Assembly (NCBI RefSeq): GCF_021869535.1
Contig: NW_026262668.1
Location: 28,582,001-28,646,000 of the forward strand
Source of the DNA: Mytilus californianus
Taxonomy: Eukaryota
Length of the DNA: 64,000 nucleotides
Direction of reading: 5' to 3'
Shown here in pieces: positions 1 through 10,616 of this stretch. The notes beneath the pieces are model-generated. The model made no database searches and was not told the origin of the DNA. It worked only from the letters and a program-made list of their open reading frames with translations. A program made the position numbers and the translations under genes. Each line of letters starts with the position of its first letter. Within the stretch, counting starts at the first letter, position 1.

Positions 1-424
1 ACTCTGCTATAGCTAGTAGACTATTAATCCTAGAGGTATTACCAGCCCAGTAGCAAGAACTTTGGTACTGGCCTGAAAACATAGATATTGGTTTTTTATA
101 ACTATTTGCTGTTATAAAATTTCAAAACCATCTTAAATAAGCAACTTATAGCTTGTATTCCTTGTTCAGTTTTGTCTTTACTTTAGATCCTCTTTGGTTT
201 TATCATCTCTTCAACATTTGTATTAGGTTTTGACTTTCATATACTTTGGCCTCAAGCATCACTGAAGACACATCTGGTGCAGTAAAATTGGTACCAATAA
301 TATTATCTAACAGGTATTTACACTTGAAGACTAAAAAAATTTTCTCAATGTTTGAATTAACTCCCAATACACTTCTCCAAAACATTCACTTTATAATAAA
401 AAGTTCTTTTTTAAAACCCCTGAA

Positions 425-584
425 ATTCTCAAGTTTTGGGAGCTAAAACCATGCCTCAACTGTACCATACCCAGGCCCCCCCTTTTGTGGGAAAAATTTG
501 GTTGATTATATAGGGAATCACTGAAGCATGACTGGAGCCCCCCCCCCCCCCCCTTGATTATATAGGGAATCACTGAAGCATGAC
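425..584 (-). repeat. Fragment of a hAT-like MITE family, with a 31-bp direct repeat (502-532 and 554-584) around a poly-C run
   Basis: TTGATTATATAGGGAATCACTGAAGCATGAC occurs twice. The reverse complement resembles the GCTCCAGTGATTCCCT segment of the CAGTGGCGGATCC-headed fragment at 58061-58139. Confidence 0.5.
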
Positions 585-1071
585 AAATGAGATTTCCATG
601 GTCTATGAAATTGTACTTTTAGTTTTAAGAGAGACAATTCAACACTAACAGCAATGCAGTCAAGAGAAATTCCAAGAAGGGAAGAAAAAACAGTATCACT
701 TTCTTACTTATAAAAGTTTTTAAAAATCTGGATGACTAAAGGAATTAACTCTGCCTTCAAAAAATGTTAAATGTACAAATGTACAAGTAAATATAATTAC
801 ATGTACAATTGTTACTGCTTACTGCATGTATCCCGGAACTTCAGAACTTTTTGCTTTTGAGTATATCTCACATCTTCATACTCAGTACAAAAAAATGTAG
901 ATGACTACATACAATATTATACAAAATAAATAGCTTTTGTTCAAATATTTATATTATTAAAACTGAACACATTATGGTTACAACTAAATGTACTTGGAAA
1001 ACCAAAAGATTAAGTTCTCCATGTATAAGTAAATCTAGTCCTTTCAAGAATAATCTCTTGCTCAGCCGACA

Positions 1072-1995
1072 CTACAATTTTTCAACTGTTTCTATACATC
1101 TATCTTTGAAATAGATATGCCTGTCCATTTTAGGGTTATGATCCTTCTTACAGAAGAACGAAGTCAATGCCATATTGCTTTTGTCAGCGTTTTCATCTTC
1201 ATCATCATCTTCCCATTTCACTGGGGCTGCATCTTTTTCTAAAATTATGGCTGCCGTAGACCAACTAAACCTAACAAATTGTGGAAAACCAAATACATAG
1301 TCCATATTGTTAGCAAGAAAACTTTTAGTGTTAGGATCGGCTGGATAGCCTGAGCCATACTGAAGATCTTCTGTATTTATTTCTTCTTGGAATTTCCATT
1401 TTTTGACAGCCTTATCTCTGGTGACTTTAGCACATATACTGGCAGCACTAACAATTGGATATAGAGAATCAGCTTTCTTTGCTACTGTGATGTCAATAGC
1501 TGGGAATATACCTTTAAGTTTCTCTTGGTACTTTGTTGGATCTCCCACTGTATCAACATAAACTTCAGCAATGTTAGCACCCCTTTCAATTGCGAGAGCC
1601 ACCAGCCTGATTGCACAGTCATGTGATAAAGCATTAAGGTTATATTTTGTTCTACGAAGCATGCTAGTTGATATAAAGGTAGGGGAGAGCACTTCAACAA
1701 TCCATCCCATCATTTCATTGGCTTCATTTATCTTATCAAAAATGCTCTCTCTTTGTTCCTCTGTCAAGGTCTTAGAATCGGCAAATCCCATTTCTCCAAA
1801 TTTCTCCTTCATGGATATTGGACTGAAACAAATTCCATAAACCATAGGACCGAGAACTGGTCCCCTTCCTGCTTCATCTATTCCCAACCAGCATGGCTCG
1901 GACTTGACACATTCTGGCAGTGGAGATTCTAATATTAAATTCTTCATATTGTCTTCGTTCCCTAGCTTAGATTCCACTTCCTCCTTAACCTCCAT
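1072..1995 (-). CDS. RNASEH2A: Ribonuclease H2 subunit A (catalytic), intronless CDS, 307 aa
   Basis: RNase HII motifs GIDEAGRGPVLGPM, VYVDTVG, KADSLYPIVSAASICAKV and YGSGYPADP; eukaryotic C-terminus RHIYFKDRCIE. A splice acceptor (minus-strand tttctcttcag, exon starting at 2036) just upstream of the ATG implies a 5'UTR intron. Confidence 0.97.
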   Translation of the reverse strand: MEVKEEVESKLGNEDNMKNLILESPLPECVKSEPCWLGIDEAGRGPVLGPMVYGICFSPISMKEKFGEMGFADSKTLTEEQRESIFDKINEANEMMGWIVEVLSPTFISTSMLRRTKYNLNALSHDCAIRLVALAIERGANIAEVYVDTVGDPTKYQEKLKGIFPAIDITVAKKADSLYPIVSAASICAKVTRDKAVKKWKFQEEINTEDLQYGSGYPADPNTKSFLANNMDYVFGFPQFVRFSWSTAAIILEKDAAPVKWEDDDEDENADKSNMALTSFFCKKDHNPKMDRHIYFKDRCIETVEKL

Positions 1996-4283
1996 ATTGA
2001 CTTTAATTACTGGTATTAAACAATCGTCTCCTGGATCTGAAGAGAAATTAAAATAGGAAATTTACAACAGTGCCTCTGTTTGAATATTGTACAAGTACAA
2101 GCATCACAAAAATCCCCATTGCTGGTTTTATGTTAGTAAAATCAATGTGAAAAATGGATTTTCCTAGATTAACATGATTAAAGGGTGCATCATTCTGATT
2201 AACAACCCTGTCATATAATTTAAAAATATCTAGTTCAAATAAAATAATATTTTAGAGCAAATCCCCTACTATTTTTGTTTTGAAAAATGATCAATCACAC
2301 TAGTTGCAGTGAAAAATCTCCCCTTAAGTAATTTTTTAACTGAATTACATAGACAATATGTCATTGTATGTCAACAAAAGCATTTTATCATTTTTAACAG
2401 GTTTTTTCAACAATAAATGATTTAACACAATAAGCAGACATATCAACTAATGTTAAAAGAAGGGCCAAAAGCTTATGCATTGTGTCATATATGTTAATTT
2501 GATGTAAAAAGAAAAATGTCACGTTTCTGGTTTACCATGTTTACCCAGTCAACTAGTATATTTTACCCCATTTGAACTATTTCAGCCTAACATACACCAA
2601 TGTATTAAAATATTTTGTAGTTAACTTGAAATTGATGACATCTAGCCTTGGGTCATAAAAACTTTGAGCATGATTGAAGTACTGGACTCAGAAATCAACC
2701 AATCAAAATACTGGAATTGGTGTTTCAAGCACAAATTTTGTACCTGGAGTTCGAGTAAAGTTTTAAGACAGAGAATCCTAATGTACAATCCAGTGCTTAT
2801 AACTAAGTGAGTGACTAATGTATAACATTTGTACAAACAGAGGCTTCCTGAACAAAACTTCCCATTTTGATTTCTAAGTATTTACATACACCTTACTTCA
2901 GCATGCATGTTTAGTGTGCTTTGCACAAGAACTCCAATGCTCTTCAGTTATAACAATACAAACTTGTTCAAAATTTATGTGTCATTAATTCCTAATTATT
3001 ACTAACTACTTTTTGCAGAATCTAAAATGTTTGTTTTAATCTGAAATTATCTGTGCATGCTCTGCAGATGATGGACATCTAAAATAAAAATGGGTTTGTT
3101 TGCCAATAAACATGAGGATGCTTGACTACAGCTTGACAAAACGGTACATGGAATCCATTGGATTTTAAGTATTCCCTTTCAGGTCTGAGCTTTATCACGG
3201 TCTAGTCAACATCTAATATTAGAAAGTGTGTACTTTAAAAACAAAAGTAAACTATTATCAAAAGGTTTTTTTTCATTTCATTACATTAATATAGAGTATA
3301 GAACTAGATTATGCATCTGACTGCTTCCATTACAAATTTCAAAGGATTCACTATCATTTAAATAACGGAACCCATATTTAAAGTAAATACCCATTTTATT
3401 TCTAAACAGTAAACATGAAGGTTTAAGTTTTGAATATATTTACAAAATTAGGTTTTAATATTTTCTTTTTCAACTTGTGGTGGTTGTTGAAATGTATATT
3501 TAAGTTTAACATGTATGTCATATTGATAAATAGTTCTTTTCTTTCATAGATCTTTTTTTCAGTACCATAACATTTATTATATTCTTCATATTGCAATAAA
3601 CTAAAATATAAAATCTACAAACAATTAAATACCACCAAATCATAGTTCGTCACATCTGGTTTCATAAAAAAAGGGTTGAAAAAAAAATTATTCCCTTGAA
3701 TTTGGCAGTTGTAGGAAATTAACCCTGCATTTCATTGCAGCAAACAAATTGTGAGCCATAAACCTATATCTTGGGTATTTCAAAGCACCATTCTTTTTTT
3801 AATTTGGTGTTTCTATTAACATGATTAAATATTTTTGGAAACTTGAGTTGACATGGTTACTAAAGCTTGTAAACAGGAATAAAAGGGGTGAAAATTTGAT
3901 TGGTTATTTTCTGGTGATGGTTATTATCTTATATGCAATGAAATGTTATGTGAAATTTTCACTGTATAACTGGACAGGATAAAATTTGACTCATGCCAAG
4001 AACATGTATTTCTTTACTTGAAACAAAGATAAAGTTCTTCTGCACAATTTTTTGAAAAGTTACAATTTAACAGACTAATAGAGGAAAACAATGGTGGTAT
4101 TACTCCTTAAATTAAAATATCTTTATATGTATATATAATGTTATGCTTATTTATTTATGCACATTCAATGTACATGTACATGTTAACTCAAGTGGCAAAA
4201 TTAAACTACCTTACTTGGTTTATATATTCTTTATTGAAAGCCCCATAATTTTCTTAAAATGACCATGTGAAACACTATGATAA

Positions 4284-5559
4284 GGCCAGACTTTTTTTAT
4301 TATCTGTTTAACGAGATCCGCCGACTCCAATTTCCCAATTTCAGAATAAAAATAAAAGAAGTGCTTTTTACTTTTATTTTTCCCGCCGACTGTTACGAAA
4401 TCCTCAGAACAAAAATAAAATCTGTGGTTTACGATACCCGCTTTCGTCATCGGTAATATTTAATTTTTACCAAGTCGATGAAACAGCAATTTCAAAGTAA
4501 AGAAATTAAAGGCATAAAAGATTTATGACTTAAAAAAAGAGGTTAAAGCATTGATTTTTTAAGCTGGTGGCATGTTTTTTCATAAAAACAATTTGTTTAA
4601 AACCACTTTCGCCGGTACTTGTTACACGAGAGAGTACATCAAATCATTCTAACTTTCGGCTAAATAAGTTATTACTTCATTTGAACTTGATGAAATTAGC
4701 CTGAAGTAAATTTGTAATCCATGTATTGCATTAAAAACGTCATATTCCTTTCCAAAAAGCGTATCAAACATCGTTTATTTTTGTAAAGTTGTCTCCGACA
4801 TTTAAATTATTGGGTATATTTTTGAAGAACTCCGGATCGGAGTCTGGATTTTATTGGAAGCGGACCTGCTATGACCGAAATCCCGATTCTTGCGATAATG
4901 ACTGCGGACGCATGAATGGCACTGCTGACAGACAAAAATTGATCCCAAAAGGAAAAATTACGCATACCACACGCATTAACGTACTTTTGGTTAGATATTT
5001 TTGATTAATGTTTATATTTCCTTTTTAATGCATTGTTTCAATATATAAGTTAATGTTGCTCAACCATGTCTATTACACTAATATAAAATAATAATATTAT
5101 TTCCAAGCTTAACGGTTAAATAAATATATCTTTTTAATGAAAAATAATTAATTTCATGAAAATGATAACAGAGTAGTTTTTTTAATTGAATTGTATATAC
5201 AATATAAACATGTAACATACACTAAGAGGTTCCTGACTGGTAATATACATACATATAGTGTATATGCAGGGAGGTTGATATATTTATATTTGCCTGGTGC
5301 ATATGCATGGATCTAAATTTATAGAGGACATACAGAATCAAAAGATATTTTTTATGTTCATATTAATAGAAGGGTTAATATACTGGTCTGTTTTCATTTC
5401 ATTGTTCTTGTAAATTCTTATAACATGTATAATGGTTTTATTTTTATTTTTAGTGTCAACTGGACCAACTTTGCACTTTTATTTTTTTTTTATTTCGTCC
5501 CCTTGACCCTAATTTTTTACAAATTTTCTCGTTAAATAGATAAAAAAAAAAGTCTGGCC
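4284..5559. mobile_element. Non-autonomous PIF/Harbinger-like TIR element, 1276 bp
   Basis: Imperfect ~33-bp TIRs GGCCAGACTTTTTTT...TATCT(G/A)TTTAACGAGA at both ends, flanked by TAA (4281-4283) and TAA (5560-5562). A 3-bp TAA TSD with GG termini is typical of PIF/Harbinger. No transposase ORF. Confidence 0.8.
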
Positions 5560-6583
5560 TAATGATAGTTATCAAAATAACATGGATTGGATACATGACA
5601 TAATTAACTCTAAGCATTTCCCCAAAGAACATAACTGTACACTCAATTTTTTTCTCAGTATAATTCTACCAGTTGTTTAAAGATAAGATGGCTTTCCCTT
5701 CTTCTATCCCAATATACAAGATTACTTTATTAGCCAATTATGGTGCCCATTGCTGAGCCTAGTAATCATTCATAACAGAACAAATACATTAAACAAAAAT
5801 AAAATCTTTGATCAACAATGAATTCAATCATTGGTTAGAATGAAATGACAAAATAATGACAAAAAGAATAATAATTTAAACTTGTAAGAATACATAAATC
5901 TAATTAACCAGCCCTTTCCATAGAAGCTGGTAGCAGGCGGTTTTCTCTGTCTATAGCACAGAAATCAGCCAACTACTTTACCCCTTTAAGAAAATCACAA
6001 AAAAATGTTTTAGAGAGAGATTGATACGATAAAAATAGTTCTATTTCTAACCTTATAGTGTTTTAAAATAAAATTCCTTGTTGTGTATTCGTATATATGT
6101 TGGAACAGGATCGCTGTCAGTTTCTCTGTAAGAGTAATGCAACAATAGTAGTTACCAGTTGTTGTCATTCCAAGCATTGTTCGTAAGATGATACCTGACT
6201 GGCCGATTGGCAAGTCCTTTATTTAACCGGACTACAATTGGTTCGCTTATTTTAGCTTACGTGTATCATGGCAAAACATAAACAATGCGACATAACCCAT
6301 TGGGTACAAAAAGTACAGAAACAAGGTGACTAATAAAAAAAAAACTGGATGACAACTGATTATATTATATGAATTTCAATGATTGTTGGGAAAAGAAAAG
6401 ATATCTTTCTCATAAAGTAGATCGATTTTCTAACCCTAATTTAACAGTAAAATGTGCTGACTGCCCCTTCTATGCTATTGTTAAAATTCATAGTTTACAA
6501 TTGTATTCAGCTTTGTTCAGCAGCGACATTTAACATTGTTTAATAAATTGTATAACAAAATGTGTAGAAATAAATTCATAGAG

Positions 6584-7043
6584 AACAAGAATGTGTCCAT
6601 AGTACACGGATGCCCCACTCGCACTATCATTTTCTATGTTCAGTGGACCGTGAAATTGGGGTCAAAACTCTCTAATTTGACATTAAAATTAGAAAGATCA
6701 TATCATAGGGAACATGTGTACATGTACTAAGTTTCAAGTTGATTGCACTTCAACTTCATCAAAAACTACCTTGACCAAAAACTTTAAACTGAAGTGGGCA
6801 CCATCATTTTCTATGTTCAGTGGACCGTGAAATTGGGGGTCAAAACTATAATTTGACATTAAAATTAGAAAGATCATATCATAGGGAACATGTGTACTAA
6901 GTTTCAAGCTGATTGGACTTCAACTTCATCAAAAACTATCTTGACCAAAAATTTTAACCTGAAGCGGGGCAGAAGGACAGACGAAGGAACGAAAGAACAG
7001 ATGCACAGACCTAAAAACATAATGCCCCTAGGTGGGCATAAAA
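6584..7043 (-). mobile_element. Helentron/DINE-like non-autonomous element (HINE) with two internal ~175-bp repeats
   Basis: On the minus strand it starts TTTTATGCCCACCTAGGGGCATTATG, continues with an (xGTC)-like tract and ends GGGGCATCCGTGTACTATGGACACATTCTTGTT. The block TCATTTTCTATGTTCAGTGGACCGTGAAATTGGGG repeats at 6627 and 6804. Confidence 0.7.
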
Positions 7044-7189
7044 CGGGGTCCTGACAGCTAAAATAAGAAAATAGAATATTGCCAGATCAATGAGTAACCT
7101 ATAACAATATACCCTATGGGTAGTGCTCCACAATTAATGGAGGAACTGTTTTCTTTAGAATATTAAAACTAAGGATAATTTATAAGTTA

Positions 7190-7456
7190 CAGCAGATTCC
7201 ATTGAGTGTGTAGCCAAAGGTAATATCTTTGGTTAGCTTGCTTGTTAGCTGAACCGTGAAGTCATTATTAGGTCAGGTATACTACCCTCCTTTCGAAGTA
7301 GCATAGTCCAACAGACAGATCGATTGGTTTTCTGTCGGACTAGTCTATTCTTAAAGTAGGGTAGTTTACCTAACCTAACAATGACTTCACGGTTCAGCTA
7401 ATAAGCAAGCTAACCAAAGATATTACCTTTGGCTACACACTCAATGGAATCTGCTG
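7190..7456. mobile_element. Fully palindromic (foldback) MITE, Tc1/mariner-like
   Basis: 77-bp TIRs with one mismatch (CAGCAGATTCCATTGAGTGTG...), imperfect symmetry continuing to the centre, and TA on both sides. Confidence 0.85.
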
Positions 7457-7991
7457 TAAGAAGAAAACAATAAATATACCTGTTGTAATGCCCTGTATCA
7501 TATGGCTTGTAAACTCTTTTCTATATAAGAAAATTCAAAAAGAATTTGTTTTAAAATATCCTTTTTAAGACAGTCCCATCTTGGCTTGTAATAACAGAAA
7601 ATATCTAAATGCTTTGTTACCAAAATTTAAAATTCACAAAAGATTCCAAGAGCCTTGAAGAGGCAGTAAATGAACAAAAGACACTAGATTGGTATACTTC
7701 AAAATTTTAATAAGGTAACAACTAATGTGAACCACAATTCATTAAAAAATTAAAAATTCACAGAATTGTTATGATAATATACATGATATATCACATCATG
7801 ATACAATTAACTGGTATACAGCTTATATAATATGAATGTGATGGCAATAAAAATGTAAAGCTCATTTGATCCTATTCAATGAAGACCAATATTCCTACCC
7901 AGCTCTTTATGCTTGACTTGAGATTTTGCACACATTGTTCTGTTTATCATGTTTTATAATAAAGTCCAATAATATAGTCTTATATATAAGT

Positions 7992-8072
7992 TCTGAGACT
8001 ACTATAACACATGTGTTATAGTAGTCCTGGGAACAGTATATCTAAATACATATGTTCCTGAGTAGTCTCAGA
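7992..8072. mobile_element. Collapsed MITE containing a perfect 30-bp palindrome
   Basis: TCTGAGACTAC ... GTAGTCTCAGA termini; perfect palindrome GACTACTATAACACATGTGTTATAGTAGTC at 7997-8026; a related end at ~51857-51877. Confidence 0.55.
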
Positions 8073-8149
8073 TAAGTTATTAGTCCAAATAATTATGCCA
8101 TTTTTGTACAGCTTTTTGATAATTTTTTTTTGGACGCCTTCCTTCAACG

Positions 8150-10178
8150 TATTCTTATATTAAAAGCTATATTCTTATATTAAAAGCCAAAAAAATGAAA
8201 ATACTGGCATAGCTCCTCTAAGAAGTGAAGGTACATTGCACTCAAATCCATCTGAGAAAGCAAACATACTGAACAAACAATTTCAGTCAGCTTTTACATC
8301 TGAAGCAAATACCGACATTCCAGATAAAGGTCCTAGTATTCATCCCAAAATGACAACCATAACAATATCTAGGGATAGTGTTTATAAACTTATCAAAAAC
8401 ATAAACCCTAATAAAGCTACTGGTCCTGATACCATCGCAGGCAAAGTACTCAAACAAAACATTGAGATATGTACAGACATCCTCACATTAATATTCACCA
8501 GATCATTAGAAACAGGTAAAGTACCATCTGACTGGAACCACGCTAATGTCACACCTGTATTCAAAAAAGGGAATAAACATAACCCAGGTAACTACAGACC
8601 TATATCCTTAACATGCATAGCTTGCAAATTACTTGAACACATCTTTGCAAGCAGCATGATGCAACATCTCGAAACCAATAACACACTGTATGAATTACAA
8701 CATGGATTTAGGGCAAAGCGATCATGTGAGTCTCAAGTTATCTCACTCATTCATGAATTATCACAAAATAATGACAAGAACATACAAACAGATCTCATAA
8801 TCATGGATTTTGCCAAAGCTTTTGACAAGGTACCACACAAAAGATTACTATATAAAATGAAATACTTTGGCATATCAGATCAAATCATAAACTTGGTCGA
8901 ATCCTTTCTTTCAAACAGAACTCAAACAGTACTTTTAGAAAACACGTCATCTTCAAAAATACCAGTCACATCGGGTGTGCCACAAGGTACAGTGCTAGGA
9001 CCTATACTTTTCGTTATTTACATAAATAACCTTTCAGAATACATCAAACATAGCAAAATCAGACTCTTCGCAGATGACAGTATAATTTACAGACAAATTA
9101 AATCTCAAAACGACTGCCTCAAGCTTCAAGAAGATCTAGAAGCCGCCATACGATGGGAGCAAGACTGGCTCATGTCTTTCCACCCAGACAAATGCAACAT
9201 CATGAACATAACAACCAAAAGAACTCCCATCCACTTCTACTACAACATGTATGGGCACATCTTAAAATCAGTAAAACATGCTAAATATTTAGGTATCACA
9301 ATCTCTTCAGATCTAAAATGGAACACCCACATCCAACAAACAGCCGCTAAAGCAAATAAATCTTTATGTTTTATCAGAAGAAATCTCAAAGTCCAGTCAC
9401 AAAAAATAAAAGAAAGAGCATACCAAACCATCATAAGACCCAAATTAGAATACTGCTGTACTGTATGGGACCCCTATACAAGCGAAAACATTAGATCATT
9501 AGAAAAAGTACAGAGACGAGCGGCAAGGTATGCATGTAACAGACATCACAATACCAGCAGTGTGTCTGAGATGCTAGACACCATGAAATGGCAAACATTA
9601 CAAGAACGCCGACTAAGAACAAGGCTAATAATGTTCCACAAAATTATAAACGAAAATATTGCCATTCCATCGCAAAATTTACTACAAAAGAGTCAGTCCA
9701 CCACAAGATCCACCAATAAAGATGCTTACCGACAAATCCAATGTAACAAAGACAGCTACAAATTTTCTTTCTTTTGTCAAACAATTAAAGACTGGAACAA
9801 ATTATCCTCAGTCATAACAAAAAACACCACCACAGAAACTTTCAAGGATGCACTCACTCACGATGTGCTCCTTCAGACCTTGATACCTATCCACACCTGA
9901 AGTAATCAGGCAATCATGTTTTTATCTTAAATTAAAAATAAAAATAAAAAATGAAATATTAGAAAAACTACATAAAAACGAAAAATCTAAAAACAAAGAA
10001 AATTGTAAAAATGAATAATAATATAACAAATATACAAAAATATGGAATACAAAAAATTTGACAATCTATGTTTAACTGCATTTATAAATACATAAATTTG
10101 AAAAAAATTTACCAGGTATGCGCCGGAAAGTAAACATCAGTATGTTGATGGTTTTCTGAAACTGAAGAAGAAGAAGAA
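8150..10178 (+). mobile_element. 5'-truncated non-LTR retrotransposon (CR1/L2-group LINE) with 3'UTR and (GAA)n tail
   Basis: RT ORF followed by an A-rich 3'UTR that ends in GAAGAAGAAGAAGAA (10164-10178). The 5' end breaks in the post-endonuclease region (YSYIKSQKNENTGIAPL). No TSD recognised. Confidence 0.88.
8236..9900 (+). CDS. LINE ORF2 reverse transcriptase portion, 554 aa uninterrupted, endonuclease missing
   Basis: Motifs KATGPD, PVFKKG, NYRPISLT, QHGFR, DFAKAFDKV, GVPQGTVLGP, LFADD and KYLG; CR1/L2-type C-terminus YCCTVWDP..LEKVQRRAAR. The ORF-track start codon is TTG, not a true initiator. Confidence 0.9.
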   Translation: MHSNPSEKANILNKQFQSAFTSEANTDIPDKGPSIHPKMTTITISRDSVYKLIKNINPNKATGPDTIAGKVLKQNIEICTDILTLIFTRSLETGKVPSDWNHANVTPVFKKGNKHNPGNYRPISLTCIACKLLEHIFASSMMQHLETNNTLYELQHGFRAKRSCESQVISLIHELSQNNDKNIQTDLIIMDFAKAFDKVPHKRLLYKMKYFGISDQIINLVESFLSNRTQTVLLENTSSSKIPVTSGVPQGTVLGPILFVIYINNLSEYIKHSKIRLFADDSIIYRQIKSQNDCLKLQEDLEAAIRWEQDWLMSFHPDKCNIMNITTKRTPIHFYYNMYGHILKSVKHAKYLGITISSDLKWNTHIQQTAAKANKSLCFIRRNLKVQSQKIKERAYQTIIRPKLEYCCTVWDPYTSENIRSLEKVQRRAARYACNRHHNTSSVSEMLDTMKWQTLQERRLRTRLIMFHKIINENIAIPSQNLLQKSQSTTRSTNKDAYRQIQCNKDSYKFSFFCQTIKDWNKLSSVITKNTTTETFKDALTHDVLLQTLIPIHT

Positions 10179-10379
10179 TAATAGGACTTTTTGCTTGTTT
10201 TTTTTTAGAATGTCAATATTATTTATATTGGATTCCAAAATTTTGAAAAGAAGCGTACCAGATGAAGATAATTGCATATCATATGTTTTATATTATGTAA
10301 GAATTTCAAAATATAATGTTGTCAACTTACATTATTTAACAGCTCGAAGAGTTAAAGAGTGTGGTCAAAATCTTCTCAC

Positions 10380-10616
10380 TTTCGCGCCATTTTTCCAGTG
10401 AAACAACCAGAGGTGCTCCGAAATGCGGTCGTCTACTTTACCGCAGCTTCTTCTCATTCAAGGGGTGCAAAAAAACGTTTGATTTTTAGTAGTAAATAAC
10501 GTCCGAAATTGTTGAAGTCCGAAAAAATTACCTGAAATCGTGTAAAACATGTAGATTCTTCACATACTGACTGCGTGTCATGAAAATGCGCACGCACATG
10601 CATTATCCGGTTAAGA
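10380..10616. promoter_or_regulatory. CpG-enriched promoter region upstream of GOLGA2, possibly bidirectional
   Basis: Local CpG/GC enrichment, NRF1-like TGCGCACGCA at 10587-10596, and a strong minus-strand donor CAG|GTAATT at 10532/10531. Confidence 0.45.

Noticed and set aside
2642-2836. Possible decayed coding sequence on the minus strand
   Set aside because: Multiple stops in the most protein-like frame and no recognisable motif.
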